Positions 1 through 8,345 of a stretch of DNA of 59,941 bases are shown one piece after another. The stretch comes from a virus (lineage: Duplodnaviria > Caudoviricetes), in the IMG/VR virus record IMGVR_UViG_3300037502_003163, positions 1 to 59,941 of that record; one strand, 5' to 3'. The translations under genes were made by a program, and so were the position numbers. Each line of letters starts with the position of its first letter. The stretch's first letter is position 1. A model generated the notes under the pieces. That model was not told the origin of the DNA, made no database searches, and saw only the letters and a list, made by a program, of their open reading frames with translations.

Positions 1-110
1 GAGGGGGGAAACAGACTGACTAATCTTCACTATTCTCCCCAATTTTAACTACTTAGTCCAGGTTGGCCCATCTGTTGCATGGTGCACAAAGGATGCCAGC
101 TTAGACCATA
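1..110. repeat. Terminal direct repeat / circular overlap (copy 1)
   Basis: 1-110 matches 59832-59941 with one mismatch (position 11 A vs 59842 G); the last 99 bp are identical. Confidence 0.95.
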
Positions 111-181
111 TCCTTATTAGGGGGGTAGGGTTTCACGCTCCGCAGGAAAAGAGGGAAGCAAAATATTTTTTGCGCTCCCTA

Positions 182-208
182 TTAAGTTTTTTCGCGGTAT
201 GCCGATAG
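182..208 (+). promoter_or_regulatory. sigma-28 (FliA)-type promoter
   Basis: TTAAGTTT-N11-GCCGATAG vs consensus TAAAGTTT-N11-GCCGATAA; lies upstream of the first early gene. Confidence 0.75.
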
Positions 209-301
209 GTAAGTATATGGTGCAGGACATGATGACTCAGTACTTACCTGAACTACAAGAGTCAACACTAGAGAGTGATACACCACAGCATGGAGCGAAC
301 C

Positions 302-478
302 ATGAAAAATAATATACAAGCATTCGGTTCCTATCAAGGTCGGGAAGTTGCCATAATCGAGACTCATGCACCAGCGTACCGGAATTATAAAGTATCGTAC
401 GCCATCATCATCGAGCATACCGTACGATGGGTTAATGCTGAGGAAGTGTCCGATATCCGGTGGGTAGTTGCCGCCTAA
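302..478 (+). CDS. Hypothetical early protein
   Basis: ATG 302 with GGAG SD, within ORF 275..478. Confidence 0.65.
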   Translation: MKNNIQAFGSYQGREVAIIETHAPAYRNYKVSYAIIIEHTVRWVNAEEVSDIRWVVAA

Positions 479-505
479 TCAACCAATAAGCGAGGGAGAA
501 CGATT

Positions 506-655
506 ATGGATATCAAAATAACCAAACTAGACTTATCGCGTTACAATAGGGTTGAGCTGGAAGTATTACTTGACCACGGTATACTCTCAGTAACTGAATT
601 CGAAGCAGAGATGAGGGAACGGGGCCTCGAGCCAAAAACAACGGTTATTATCTAA
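506..655 (+). CDS. Small hypothetical protein (49 aa)
   Basis: GAGGGAG SD; MDIKITKLDL...; below the ORF-track cutoff. Confidence 0.6.
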   Translation: MDIKITKLDLSRYNRVELEVLLDHGILSVTEFEAEMRERGLEPKTTVII

Positions 656-674
656 TCAACAAAAGGTATCAATT

Positions 675-1010
675 ATGCAACGTTACAATATCGCAACCCA
701 TCCCAAATTAGCTACTATCACTTGCAAACGGCGGCCCTTGCGCATGACCAGACACGCTTCATTGCGTTCCCTTGAGAAAAATATCTTAGTACCCCCATCC
801 TTGGAAATAACCGCTGGCGAAGTAGTTGAACTGGAGATTGTACAAGGCCAAGCCACAAAATTAGTAGTTCGGCGAGCGATATCAAACACTAAACATTTGG
901 TACTGGTTTTAGTGCCGGGACAAGATGAAACATGGACGGTTGTTACGTGTTGGCTTAATGCTGCCGGTGATAATCATGCCACACTCAATAAATCTCGACT
1001 ATCCGCCTAA
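675..1010 (+). CDS. Hypothetical protein, possible BECR/DUF4258-like RNase fold
   Basis: TRHAxxR near the N-terminus and VVTCWLN...DNHATL near the C-terminus. Confidence 0.55.
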   Translation: MQRYNIATHPKLATITCKRRPLRMTRHASLRSLEKNILVPPSLEITAGEVVELEIVQGQATKLVVRRAISNTKHLVLVLVPGQDETWTVVTCWLNAAGDNHATLNKSRLSA

Positions 1011-1043
1011 AAACGAAAAGATAATGACTGGAAGGAATGAATT

Positions 1044-1223
1044 ATGAGCCGCACCTTTATTGAACGACAAGTGTCCTACTTTTATGCTATCGAGCGACGC
1101 GACGCGTGCATTGACCGGTGCCGGAACAGACCAGACTGTAGGGCAATTGCTTTGAAGCCGTACGCTAGTGCAGATGGTACGATGGTGTACCCTGTTGAAA
1201 TCACGTACTATAGTCTCGATTAA
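1044..1223 (+). CDS. Small hypothetical protein (59 aa), paralog of 4054 and 4255 genes
   Basis: AAGGA SD; ends DGTMVYPVEITY. Confidence 0.6.
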   Translation: MSRTFIERQVSYFYAIERRDACIDRCRNRPDCRAIALKPYASADGTMVYPVEITYYSLD

Positions 1224-1289
1224 TCAGGTAAAGGGTACAATGCTCCGCAGGACAGGAAATGAGCGAAGCGAAATTTACTAAAATAGTAC

Positions 1290-1317
1290 TCAAGTTTTTC
1301 TTTCAGTGTGCCGAAGA
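1290..1317 (+). promoter_or_regulatory. sigma-28-type promoter
   Basis: TCAAGTTT-N12-GCCGAAGA; upstream flank resembles that of the 182 promoter. Confidence 0.6.
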
Positions 1318-1473
1318 GTAAATATACAACGCAGCAGGACGCTGCTAGTAGATACCAAAGTACCTTCATTGTATCCGCTAGGATATGCCCCGGTCAAGGC
1401 CAATCACCCCAGGCTCACGGACGAGCCTCCTCCCTTGACCACATGATACCATAATTATGTACGGAGGTGTGAG

Positions 1474-2175
1474 ATGACAATATATAATAATACCCGTCAA
1501 TTCATTCTCGACAAATACTCCATCGACCTTAACAACGAGCAGCCCGACTATCGCCTAAGTGATGGCAATACTAAGCTGAAAAAAGACGGCATTGTATCGT
1601 TCAATCTGATACCCATTGTCCACTGCCCAATGGCGGGAGCCTGTAAAAGCTTTTGTTATGCTACCGTTGGCCAGCAGGCATTCAAGAATGGGGTCCTTCG
1701 CCGTGCTCGGGCATTTCTAGCCACCCAACAAGCAGACTTCGTTCCGAGAATGGTGGCCGAGGTACAGCGAGCCGTTACTCGGGGTGCTAAGGCAGTCCGC
1801 GTTCATGATTCAGGAGACTTCTATTCTTATGAGTATCTGCTCCAATGGTTCGAGATAGCTCGAGCCAATCCGGACACCCGTTTCTACGCATACACTAAGA
1901 TGGTTTCTTTGGTTCGGATGGCATATAAAGCCGGTATCGTTCCGTCTAACTTCAGACTGATTCAATCCTTAGGCGGCATTGCAGATAAACAAGTAGACTG
2001 GTCTTTGCCTCACAGCAGGATATTCGCTTCCCTCGACGAGCTATTAGCCGCAGGGTATGCCGATGCCTCAGAAAGTGATGCACCAGCAGCGTTCAGTGAT
2101 ACGCCAAATGTGGGCTTAATTATTCACGGTGCCAAGTCTAAACGTTTCGATGCTAGTACTATGAACGTAGCTTAA
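1474..2175 (+). CDS. Gp88-like (radical-SAM-related) protein
   Basis: CPMAGACKSFCYA Cys cluster, RVHDSGDF and FYAYTK motifs; GGAGG SD. Confidence 0.75.
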   Translation: MTIYNNTRQFILDKYSIDLNNEQPDYRLSDGNTKLKKDGIVSFNLIPIVHCPMAGACKSFCYATVGQQAFKNGVLRRARAFLATQQADFVPRMVAEVQRAVTRGAKAVRVHDSGDFYSYEYLLQWFEIARANPDTRFYAYTKMVSLVRMAYKAGIVPSNFRLIQSLGGIADKQVDWSLPHSRIFASLDELLAAGYADASESDAPAAFSDTPNVGLIIHGAKSKRFDASTMNVA

Positions 2176-2211
2176 TAGCAGATAACACCATACAAATATA
2201 TGGAGATTCCC

Positions 2212-2874
2212 ATGAGTAACTTCTTCGCCGTCAACCACAGCCAATTGTCCGATGACTTAGCAGTGGCTTTGCCCAACTACCGGATTGCCCACTACCCTCG
2301 GACTAGTATCAGCAATAAGACTAAACAGGTAAAGGGCACCAAGCACCTTTACCGCCTACGCAGCGAGCACCTTTTCAAGGTCGGCAATGATTTAGTCACC
2401 CCGATGGTGGTGCTCCGTGACCAGACCTTCCCAGGCGCAGCGCTGAAATTGCACGTCGGGTTATACCGTCTCGTGTGTAGCAATGGCCTGCTAGGTGTTG
2501 CTATCAGCGAGCCCACTGTTCGGATACCACACTTTACTAACAGGAAGGAGCAGCTTGAGGGTATTGCCGCAGCAATCTTCGACGCCTCAGCGAGAATGGA
2601 ATCTATTATCGAGACGGCCAATACCTTGACCACTATCCAGGTAAAGGCACCGACTACTGTTGTCGAGTCGCTTGGCTTGCCTAAGACGCTGGTCGAGAAG
2701 CTATTACTCGGTGTCAAAGCCGGCAATGTCCGTCCGGAAGACGATATCACCACGGTATGGGGCCTATACAACTATATTAATGAGACGATGTTTAGCCGTA
2801 CCCGAAGCGTGTTCGCTGCAGTAGACCGGGACACGACACTGGTCAGCCAAATCATCACAGCCAATGCAGCGTAA
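2212..2874 (+). CDS. DUF932/DUF945-family protein
   Basis: GLYRLVCSNG motif, downstream His, and TVWGLYN. Confidence 0.75.
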   Translation: MSNFFAVNHSQLSDDLAVALPNYRIAHYPRTSISNKTKQVKGTKHLYRLRSEHLFKVGNDLVTPMVVLRDQTFPGAALKLHVGLYRLVCSNGLLGVAISEPTVRIPHFTNRKEQLEGIAAAIFDASARMESIIETANTLTTIQVKAPTTVVESLGLPKTLVEKLLLGVKAGNVRPEDDITTVWGLYNYINETMFSRTRSVFAAVDRDTTLVSQIITANAA

Positions 2875-2882
2875 TCAGGTAA

Positions 2883-2924
2883 AGAACACAACCGTGAAGG
2901 GCACGATAGTGCCCGATACAGGAG
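2883..2924 (+). promoter_or_regulatory. Conserved hairpin element before a start codon (copy 1 of 3)
   Basis: AGAACACAACCGTGAA-GGGCAC-GATA-GTGCCC-GATACAGGAG. Confidence 0.6.
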
Positions 2925-2930
2925 ACCACT

Positions 2931-3158
2931 ATGACACCGAATCAAATCAAGAAAGCCGAACAACTCTTAGCCAAGAGAAAGGAACTATTGACGTTAAAGG
3001 ACCGGAATGGTTGCGCGGTAGGTGAAATACGTCCCGAGCTCGATAGTCGATACCAAAAACAGCCCGTTCTCGTTATCCAGACCAACACCGTCTCACTCGA
3101 AACACTAGAACGGTGGATAAAGCAGGCCAAGACTGCACAAAAAAAGAATATTCTTTAA
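2931..3158 (+). CDS. Hypothetical protein
   Basis: AGGAG SD; 75 aa ORF. Confidence 0.65.
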   Translation: MTPNQIKKAEQLLAKRKELLTLKDRNGCAVGEIRPELDSRYQKQPVLVIQTNTVSLETLERWIKQAKTAQKKNIL

Positions 3159-3183
3159 CAGATAACGACTGAAAGGAATTATC

Positions 3184-3663
3184 GTGGGATACACACATTA
3201 CTGGACTTTCAATTTCAAAGCAGGTAAAGCGTCCGACCTCGAAGCGAAATATCAGAAGGCTATTCTGGAATGCCAAAAGGTAGTCCGGGCCATTGCTGAG
3301 GATAACCGAAAGGTGTATGGTAGCTCGTGTCTGAGTGGGTACACTGCCCACTGTACGCCGGGACAATACGGCGGTATCAAGGTAAACGGTAAAGGTGATG
3401 ATAGCTGCGAGGACTTCTTTCTGAGGGAGCACTTTCGCGAGAATGAGGAGAGAAACTTTTGTAAAACTAGGCAGTATACTTATGATACAGCGGTCGTGGC
3501 TTGTCTCGCTGTACTCAAGTACAGACTGGGAGATGCTATCACCATCACCAGCGATGGGACATCTCTAGACTGGGAAGAAGGGGCAAACTTTGCAGCGAAA
3601 GTACTGAAACGGAAGGTAAAGATACCATCAACTATATTCCATGTTCTCCGCTTAGCTAGGTAA
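3184..3663 (+). CDS. Conserved phage hypothetical protein
   Basis: MGYTHYW start and FCKTRQYTYD motif, typical of a widespread phage family. Confidence 0.75.
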   Translation: MGYTHYWTFNFKAGKASDLEAKYQKAILECQKVVRAIAEDNRKVYGSSCLSGYTAHCTPGQYGGIKVNGKGDDSCEDFFLREHFRENEERNFCKTRQYTYDTAVVACLAVLKYRLGDAITITSDGTSLDWEEGANFAAKVLKRKVKIPSTIFHVLRLAR

Positions 3664-3695
3664 ACAGAAAAGACAATGACTGAAAGGAATTGGCT

Positions 3696-4052
3696 ATGAT
3701 TACCACTATCATCAACGTCATCGGCATCGTCATCATCACCGTCCTCCTATTAATGGGAGCCTTAAACTTGTACTTGATTGTCCGCTCCTGGTTCACGCCT
3801 CAAGTTGACCCATCCCGTCTCCAATATGCGAGACTCAGACTGGAATGGGAGAGCAATTGTGTCACGTATAAAGTAGTACCCTACTATGATGAAAAGACAC
3901 TAGAAATATCTACGATGTTGGCAGCAGCTATTTCGATGAGGGAGGAGACTGATGGCGAAGGGAAGCGCTATGTCCAAGACAAGGTAAAGGCCGTCACTGT
4001 AGTCCACAAGAATTGGCCCCGTCCCACGGCCACCGATGCCGGGGAGGCATGA
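3696..4052 (+). CDS. Membrane protein
   Basis: Long N-terminal hydrophobic helix; AAAGGA SD. Confidence 0.7.
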   Translation: MITTIINVIGIVIITVLLLMGALNLYLIVRSWFTPQVDPSRLQYARLRLEWESNCVTYKVVPYYDEKTLEISTMLAAAISMREETDGEGKRYVQDKVKAVTVVHKNWPRPTATDAGEA

Positions 4053-4053
4053 T

Positions 4054-4230
4054 ATGCCGACTAAGACCGAAACCTTTTATCTCGAGGTAGAGAGCGAAGC
4101 TCTACAGTTTGTGAGCAAATGTTCCGAAGAGGACATCACTGCCGTGATGTTGCCGGTCGAAGACCATGACGGCAGGAAGTACTACCCGGTAAAAGTTACC
4201 TTTGACCCCGCTTTGCTAAAGAAAAAGTAA
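4054..4230 (+). CDS. Small hypothetical protein (YP[VI] family)
   Basis: GGAGG SD before ATG 4054; DGRKYYPVKVTF. Confidence 0.65.
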   Translation: MPTKTETFYLEVESEALQFVSKCSEEDITAVMLPVEDHDGRKYYPVKVTFDPALLKKK

Positions 4231-4254
4231 CCAGTTTATACAGGAGCAAATGAA

Positions 4255-4470
4255 ATGCGCGACCTACCCGGCTTCCAAAACATCGCCTACTTTGACACCG
4301 AATGGGAACGTGATTTGTTCATCAGCAATGTTGAAGGCATACCCGAAGTGTTAATTACTAAGCTAGAAGTCATCACTAGGGATGACGTACCCATGTACCC
4401 GATTCACCTCGTCTTTACAGATGAGGAGACCCCTAGCGAGTTGCCACCCATCGTGACTACCCCTTTCTGA
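4255..4470 (+). CDS. Small hypothetical protein (YP[VI] family)
   Basis: AGGAG SD; DDVPMYPIHLVF. Confidence 0.65.
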   Translation: MRDLPGFQNIAYFDTEWERDLFISNVEGIPEVLITKLEVITRDDVPMYPIHLVFTDEETPSELPPIVTTPF

Positions 4471-4481
4471 GGAGTAAAACA

Positions 4482-4718
4482 ATGAAAGATAATGAGAATC
4501 AATATCAGGGCCAGTCTTTCTTAGAGTATCAGATTGATAGTACCGCCAGTCTCCTCTGCTCCTCGCTTAGCGAGCTGGCACCATGCTCCTCGCGGACAGT
4601 GACGCAAGTAGAACTAGCACTCCGGGTAGCATTTAGGGAAGTATCTCCGGCTACTATCCAACAAGTGATAAACACGGTCAACAATTGTTTCACTGGGGAG
4701 AACGACGATGAGCCATGA
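4482..4718 (+). CDS. Hypothetical protein
   Basis: GAGGAG SD; operon context. Confidence 0.65.
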   Translation: MKDNENQYQGQSFLEYQIDSTASLLCSSLSELAPCSSRTVTQVELALRVAFREVSPATIQQVINTVNNCFTGENDDEP

Positions 4719-5007
4719 AATCACTTCACCGATTCAACTCGCAGCCAGATTGACTGACGCCTTGTATAGGGAGAGCATTGTCAACTCCGACTCCGCGCAG
4801 GCTTTGTTCGACGTACTGGCCGACGCCTTGGTGGCGAGACCCGACATCGTAGCTGCGGTATCTGCTGACTTGGCCGAGAAACAGCAAGCGAAAGACGACT
4901 ATCTGGCTGACGTGATGCGGAGACTGGATGATATGGAACAGGATATGCTTCGCCGATACCACGCCACGACTGAACATGAAATTGCGAAAGGACACAACAA
5001 TGACTAA
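4708..5007 (+). CDS. Hypothetical protein
   Basis: GGGGAG SD; overlaps neighbouring genes. Confidence 0.65.
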   Translation: MSHEITSPIQLAARLTDALYRESIVNSDSAQALFDVLADALVARPDIVAAVSADLAEKQQAKDDYLADVMRRLDDMEQDMLRRYHATTEHEIAKGHNND

Positions 5008-5095
5008 AGTAAAAACTTCCAAACTCTTCCGTATCAAATTAGTGCATGAGTTGAACCGCCGCATCAATCGACTCAGGAAGGAAGGTAAACTGTGA
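5000..5095 (+). CDS. Small basic protein (31 aa)
   Basis: AAGGA SD; stop overlaps the next GTG start. Confidence 0.5.
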   Translation: MTKVKTSKLFRIKLVHELNRRINRLRKEGKL

Positions 5096-5424
5096 GCAAG
5101 GACAAAGAACAGCGGAGCAATGTGATTCCTCTCCGTCGAAAGGAACAGACTCCCCGCGATAAACTGAAGGAGACTCTGGGCAGGATTAACCGCACGATGG
5201 ACGAGTTGAAACAGATGGCTGCCGACCAAAGGGAAGTGTTCCCCTCCGAGGCAGTGGTCACGAATGCAGAACAAGTCCAACCATCAACCCTACCCTCCGA
5301 AGAAGAGATGGAACGGGAATATAGGAGAAAGCAAGATGCAGCTAAGAAGAAACGCACTAGCCACAATCACAGCGTTACTCGCGACTATAACTTGCGTGGT
5401 CCCGGCAAAAAGCCTCGCAAATGA
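5092..5424 (+). CDS. Hypothetical protein
   Basis: GAAGG SD; coupled GTGA start. Confidence 0.6.
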   Translation: MSKDKEQRSNVIPLRRKEQTPRDKLKETLGRINRTMDELKQMAADQREVFPSEAVVTNAEQVQPSTLPSEEEMEREYRRKQDAAKKKRTSHNHSVTRDYNLRGPGKKPRK

Positions 5425-5947
5425 GACTCCACCTGGAGTCTGGTCCCCGGAACTACTTGCTTGGCATGAGTGCGGGACGAAGTTACTACCCAAAGCCAAC
5501 CCTGACCAGGTAAAGGGCGCCCTCACTGCTCTGTCCTTGTACTCCGTCGACCGGTCGTTCAGCTTCCTCACCTTTGCCACCGCTGTCATGGCAGCAGAGT
5601 CCGGGTTCAACTCAGGTGCCGTATCATCTGCCGGAGCAACGGGTCTCTTCCAGCTGACTAGCATCGGAGCAAGAGAGGCAGCAATTCAATGCCGCCTTCC
5701 CTTGTCCTGGGGGGTGGACTCATCAGTCCTGACTGCCAGTTTACTGGACAGCCAGCGCAATGTCAAGTATGGTACGTGCCTCTTGCGGTACTACCTAGAC
5801 CAGGTAAAGGGCAATCACACACTGGCCCTCGTGCTTTACAACGGAGGCTATCAGCAGTTGACACGCCTCGCTGCAACAGGTACCCTTTCTAAAGAGACGT
5901 CGGAGTATGTTCTCCGAGTCAACTCATACCTCGGGAGATGTCAATGA
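5336..5947 (+). CDS. Soluble lytic transglycosylase (SLT domain) with signal peptide
   Basis: AESGFN, AVSSAGATGLFQL and LYNGG motifs; ATG 5336 has an AGGAG SD and gives a signal-like N-terminus. Confidence 0.85.
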   Translation: MQLRRNALATITALLATITCVVPAKSLANETPPGVWSPELLAWHECGTKLLPKANPDQVKGALTALSLYSVDRSFSFLTFATAVMAAESGFNSGAVSSAGATGLFQLTSIGAREAAIQCRLPLSWGVDSSVLTASLLDSQRNVKYGTCLLRYYLDQVKGNHTLALVLYNGGYQQLTRLAATGTLSKETSEYVLRVNSYLGRCQ

Positions 5948-6657
5948 AAAAGTTTATCGCGTTACTCTGTTTACTCTTTGCTTCTATGGCGCCAGCCAAA
6001 AGCAAGGACAAGATATCTCTCGTCCCGGAACGAACCATCCTTATCTCGGGTGCGATTAGTGGTAGTATGTATCAGCCCACGATTGAAACGATGGGCAAGC
6101 TTGCCGCTACTGGTAAAGATATTGATATCATCATCTCCTCTCCTGGTGGGGAGGTGATTGCGGGTAGTCTGCTCATCGACTTCATGGAACAACTCAAGTT
6201 GGATGGTGTCCGTTTCCGCTGTGTGGTGCGGGATGTGGCAGCGTCAATGGCGTTCCAAATCTTGCTACACTGTAATGAACGGTATGCTACTCCCCACTCA
6301 TACCTACTCTGGCACCCAGTCCGGGTCTTTTATCAGGGTCCCCTAACCGGAGAGCAAGCTAGTTCTCTCGGCGTCCAACTTGCTATCGCCGATGAAGTAG
6401 CACTGCATGACCTCCGCGCATACATGACGATGCCCGAACAAGATTTAATCTGGCACTTCCAACATGAGACATTACACCAAGCCTTTACTTTGATACATTC
6501 TTCCCCTGGTTTCTTTACTGCTGTCACCAACGATGTTGAAAACCTCCGACCCGAAAAGCCTGCACTAGATACAGCAGCATTCGGTGGCCTCTTCGGTAGT
6601 AACTCTCTCATCTATATCCATGAACGGTTCCTTAACAAAGAGGGAAAAGTAAAATGA
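5944..6657 (+). CDS. ClpP/crotonase-fold serine protease with signal peptide
   Basis: ISSPGG, AASMAF (catalytic Ser) and LLWH; MKKFIALLCLLFASMAPA signal peptide. Confidence 0.8.
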   Translation: MKKFIALLCLLFASMAPAKSKDKISLVPERTILISGAISGSMYQPTIETMGKLAATGKDIDIIISSPGGEVIAGSLLIDFMEQLKLDGVRFRCVVRDVAASMAFQILLHCNERYATPHSYLLWHPVRVFYQGPLTGEQASSLGVQLAIADEVALHDLRAYMTMPEQDLIWHFQHETLHQAFTLIHSSPGFFTAVTNDVENLRPEKPALDTAAFGGLFGSNSLIYIHERFLNKEGKVK

Positions 6658-6923
6658 GATTACGACTCGCCTTTAAACTACACGGTGATGAAGCGGACCT
6701 CGCGAGACAAATTGCTGAAGCTGCCGGTGTTGATGCGGATAGGATAGCCAAACTTGCAATGCAACGGTACATGGCAGATGTTCTCGACCGGGCAACTAAA
6801 CTGACCGAACAATCAAGGAACAACAACAATGGACAACCCAGCAACACCGACCCAGTACACGCTACTGGAACTGTTTCGGATGTACCGGACTCCGTTTCTG
6901 GCGAGACACCAGGACAGCCGTAA
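6654..6923 (+). CDS. Ribbon-helix-helix (Arc/CopG-like) DNA-binding protein
   Basis: Alternating beta strand RLAFKL, then helix-G-turn-helix (IAEAAGVDADRIAKLAM). Confidence 0.55.
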   Translation: MRLRLAFKLHGDEADLARQIAEAAGVDADRIAKLAMQRYMADVLDRATKLTEQSRNNNNGQPSNTDPVHATGTVSDVPDSVSGETPGQP

Positions 6924-7065
6924 GGTGTGGCGCATCCTTGGGTTTGGACCGGAAGGTGCTTATGTCGTAGGGTGGCTGGAAGGCCACTCTTCTCCCGAAC
7001 TGGTGAAGCTATCACCCCGAGACCGGGCTTGGGTCTTTATTGCACCGGTCGGTTCCGGTGATTAG
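6829..7065 (+). CDS. Hypothetical protein
   Basis: AAGGA SD; fills the gap to the next gene. Confidence 0.5.
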   Translation: MDNPATPTQYTLLELFRMYRTPFLARHQDSRKVWRILGFGPEGAYVVGWLEGHSSPELVKLSPRDRAWVFIAPVGSGD

Positions 7066-7073
7066 GAGAAAGT

Positions 7074-8015
7074 ATGTCCTCATTTAATTTAACAGCCCTG
7101 TTCTGGTCTGGCATGGACGAGGATAGGAAGGAACATATCAGTGGCGAAGCTACCAAGTTGGGTAACCTCCGCGCTGGTGATAGTGGTGGGATGACTAAAA
7201 CAGGGGACGTCATTGGTGGCTGCCATCGCCGTGCTTACCTACGCTCCTTCACCGGACTCGAAGTTGACCCACCTGATGCCGACAGTCTCATCATGTTTGA
7301 ACTGGGAAAAGCAAATGAACTGATATGGCTTGATAAGCTTCGCAGAAGCTGGCCCGGAACAATTAAGCAGGAAGAAGAGATACCCATTCAGTGGACGACT
7401 TCGGCCGGGGTCAATGTCACTGGCCGCCCTGATACTGTGCTCTGCGATGCAGCGGGTAAACCCAAACTCGGTATCGAACATAAGGCAATCTGTTCCATTT
7501 GGACTGCGAGAGATGTCTCCTTTGAAATGACTCCCAAGCTGAAACACCTGATGCAAGCTGCCCATTATATGTGGAAGTTGGACATCCCGTACAGATTGGT
7601 GTACACCCAATACGTGAACTTTGCTATTGGCGCGGATTGGATGGCCAAGATGTTTCCTGCCAGCCATCCCCTGGTCGAGCCGAATGAGAAAGGCCAACCG
7701 AAACACGTCATGCCACACACTACGGTGTACGAGATAGCCTTTACCAAAGAAGGTTTGATACAGTACCGGCTCGAGAATACCCCTACCTGGGCAGTGAGCA
7801 AGTGGGGCAGGGATGATATCGAACGGTACTATGAGTTTGTGTCAGCGATGCAGGAGCGGAAAGCTCTTGGTCCCCGGCCGAGTCCGGTCAAAGCTGACGG
7901 TAAGAAGGCTAGCTATTCCGATTGTAGTTATTGTCCCCTGCTAGATATCTGTGACAAGTATGAGAACCAATGGGAGAAGTGGCATGACGCGGTCAAGAAA
8001 CAATACAATCAATAG
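7074..8015 (+). CDS. PD-(D/E)XK Cas4/RecB-like exonuclease
   Basis: N-terminal Cys (GCHRR), GRPD...EHK, QAAHY and C-terminal CxxC-x5-C. Confidence 0.8.
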   Translation: MSSFNLTALFWSGMDEDRKEHISGEATKLGNLRAGDSGGMTKTGDVIGGCHRRAYLRSFTGLEVDPPDADSLIMFELGKANELIWLDKLRRSWPGTIKQEEEIPIQWTTSAGVNVTGRPDTVLCDAAGKPKLGIEHKAICSIWTARDVSFEMTPKLKHLMQAAHYMWKLDIPYRLVYTQYVNFAIGADWMAKMFPASHPLVEPNEKGQPKHVMPHTTVYEIAFTKEGLIQYRLENTPTWAVSKWGRDDIERYYEFVSAMQERKALGPRPSPVKADGKKASYSDCSYCPLLDICDKYENQWEKWHDAVKKQYNQ

Positions 8016-8022
8016 CACGAAC

Positions 8023-8304
8023 ATGACAGAGGAAGAGTTGACGGAGTACTATAAGGATGCCGCATTAGATAGTCTCCTTTACTGGACGAACTCCACTGCC
8101 CAGTTGGTTGGATACAATGGTACGTTGACGTTGCTGCTCGAGATGCTGGCTACCGCGATTGAACAACTCGTTCCCCCAGACCAAGTTGACAGAGCTGAGA
8201 ATGTTATCTATCATGTGTTGGATGAAAGTTTCGAGGCAGTAAAAAATTCTTCATCCGACCCTAAAGTTTCTGTGAAAAAATCCGATAAGAAAGATATGAA
8301 CTGA
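8023..8304 (+). CDS. Hypothetical protein
   Basis: Within ORF 7951..8304; ATG 8023 follows the previous stop. Confidence 0.6.
   Translation: MTEEELTEYYKDAALDSLLYWTNSTAQLVGYNGTLTLLLEMLATAIEQLVPPDQVDRAENVIYHVLDESFEAVKNSSSDPKVSVKKSDKKDMN
8262..8288 (+). promoter_or_regulatory. sigma-28-type promoter
   Basis: TAAAGTTT-N11-TCCGATAA, 15 of 16 consensus positions. Confidence 0.75.
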
Positions 8305-8345
8305 CAGTAATACTACTGTCGGCGTTACAACCAAGGAGTTTCTTT

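Noticed and set aside
2893-2919. Additional sigma-28 promoter (CCCGATAC)
   Set aside because: No correctly spaced TAAA box; the site is part of the three-copy hairpin element
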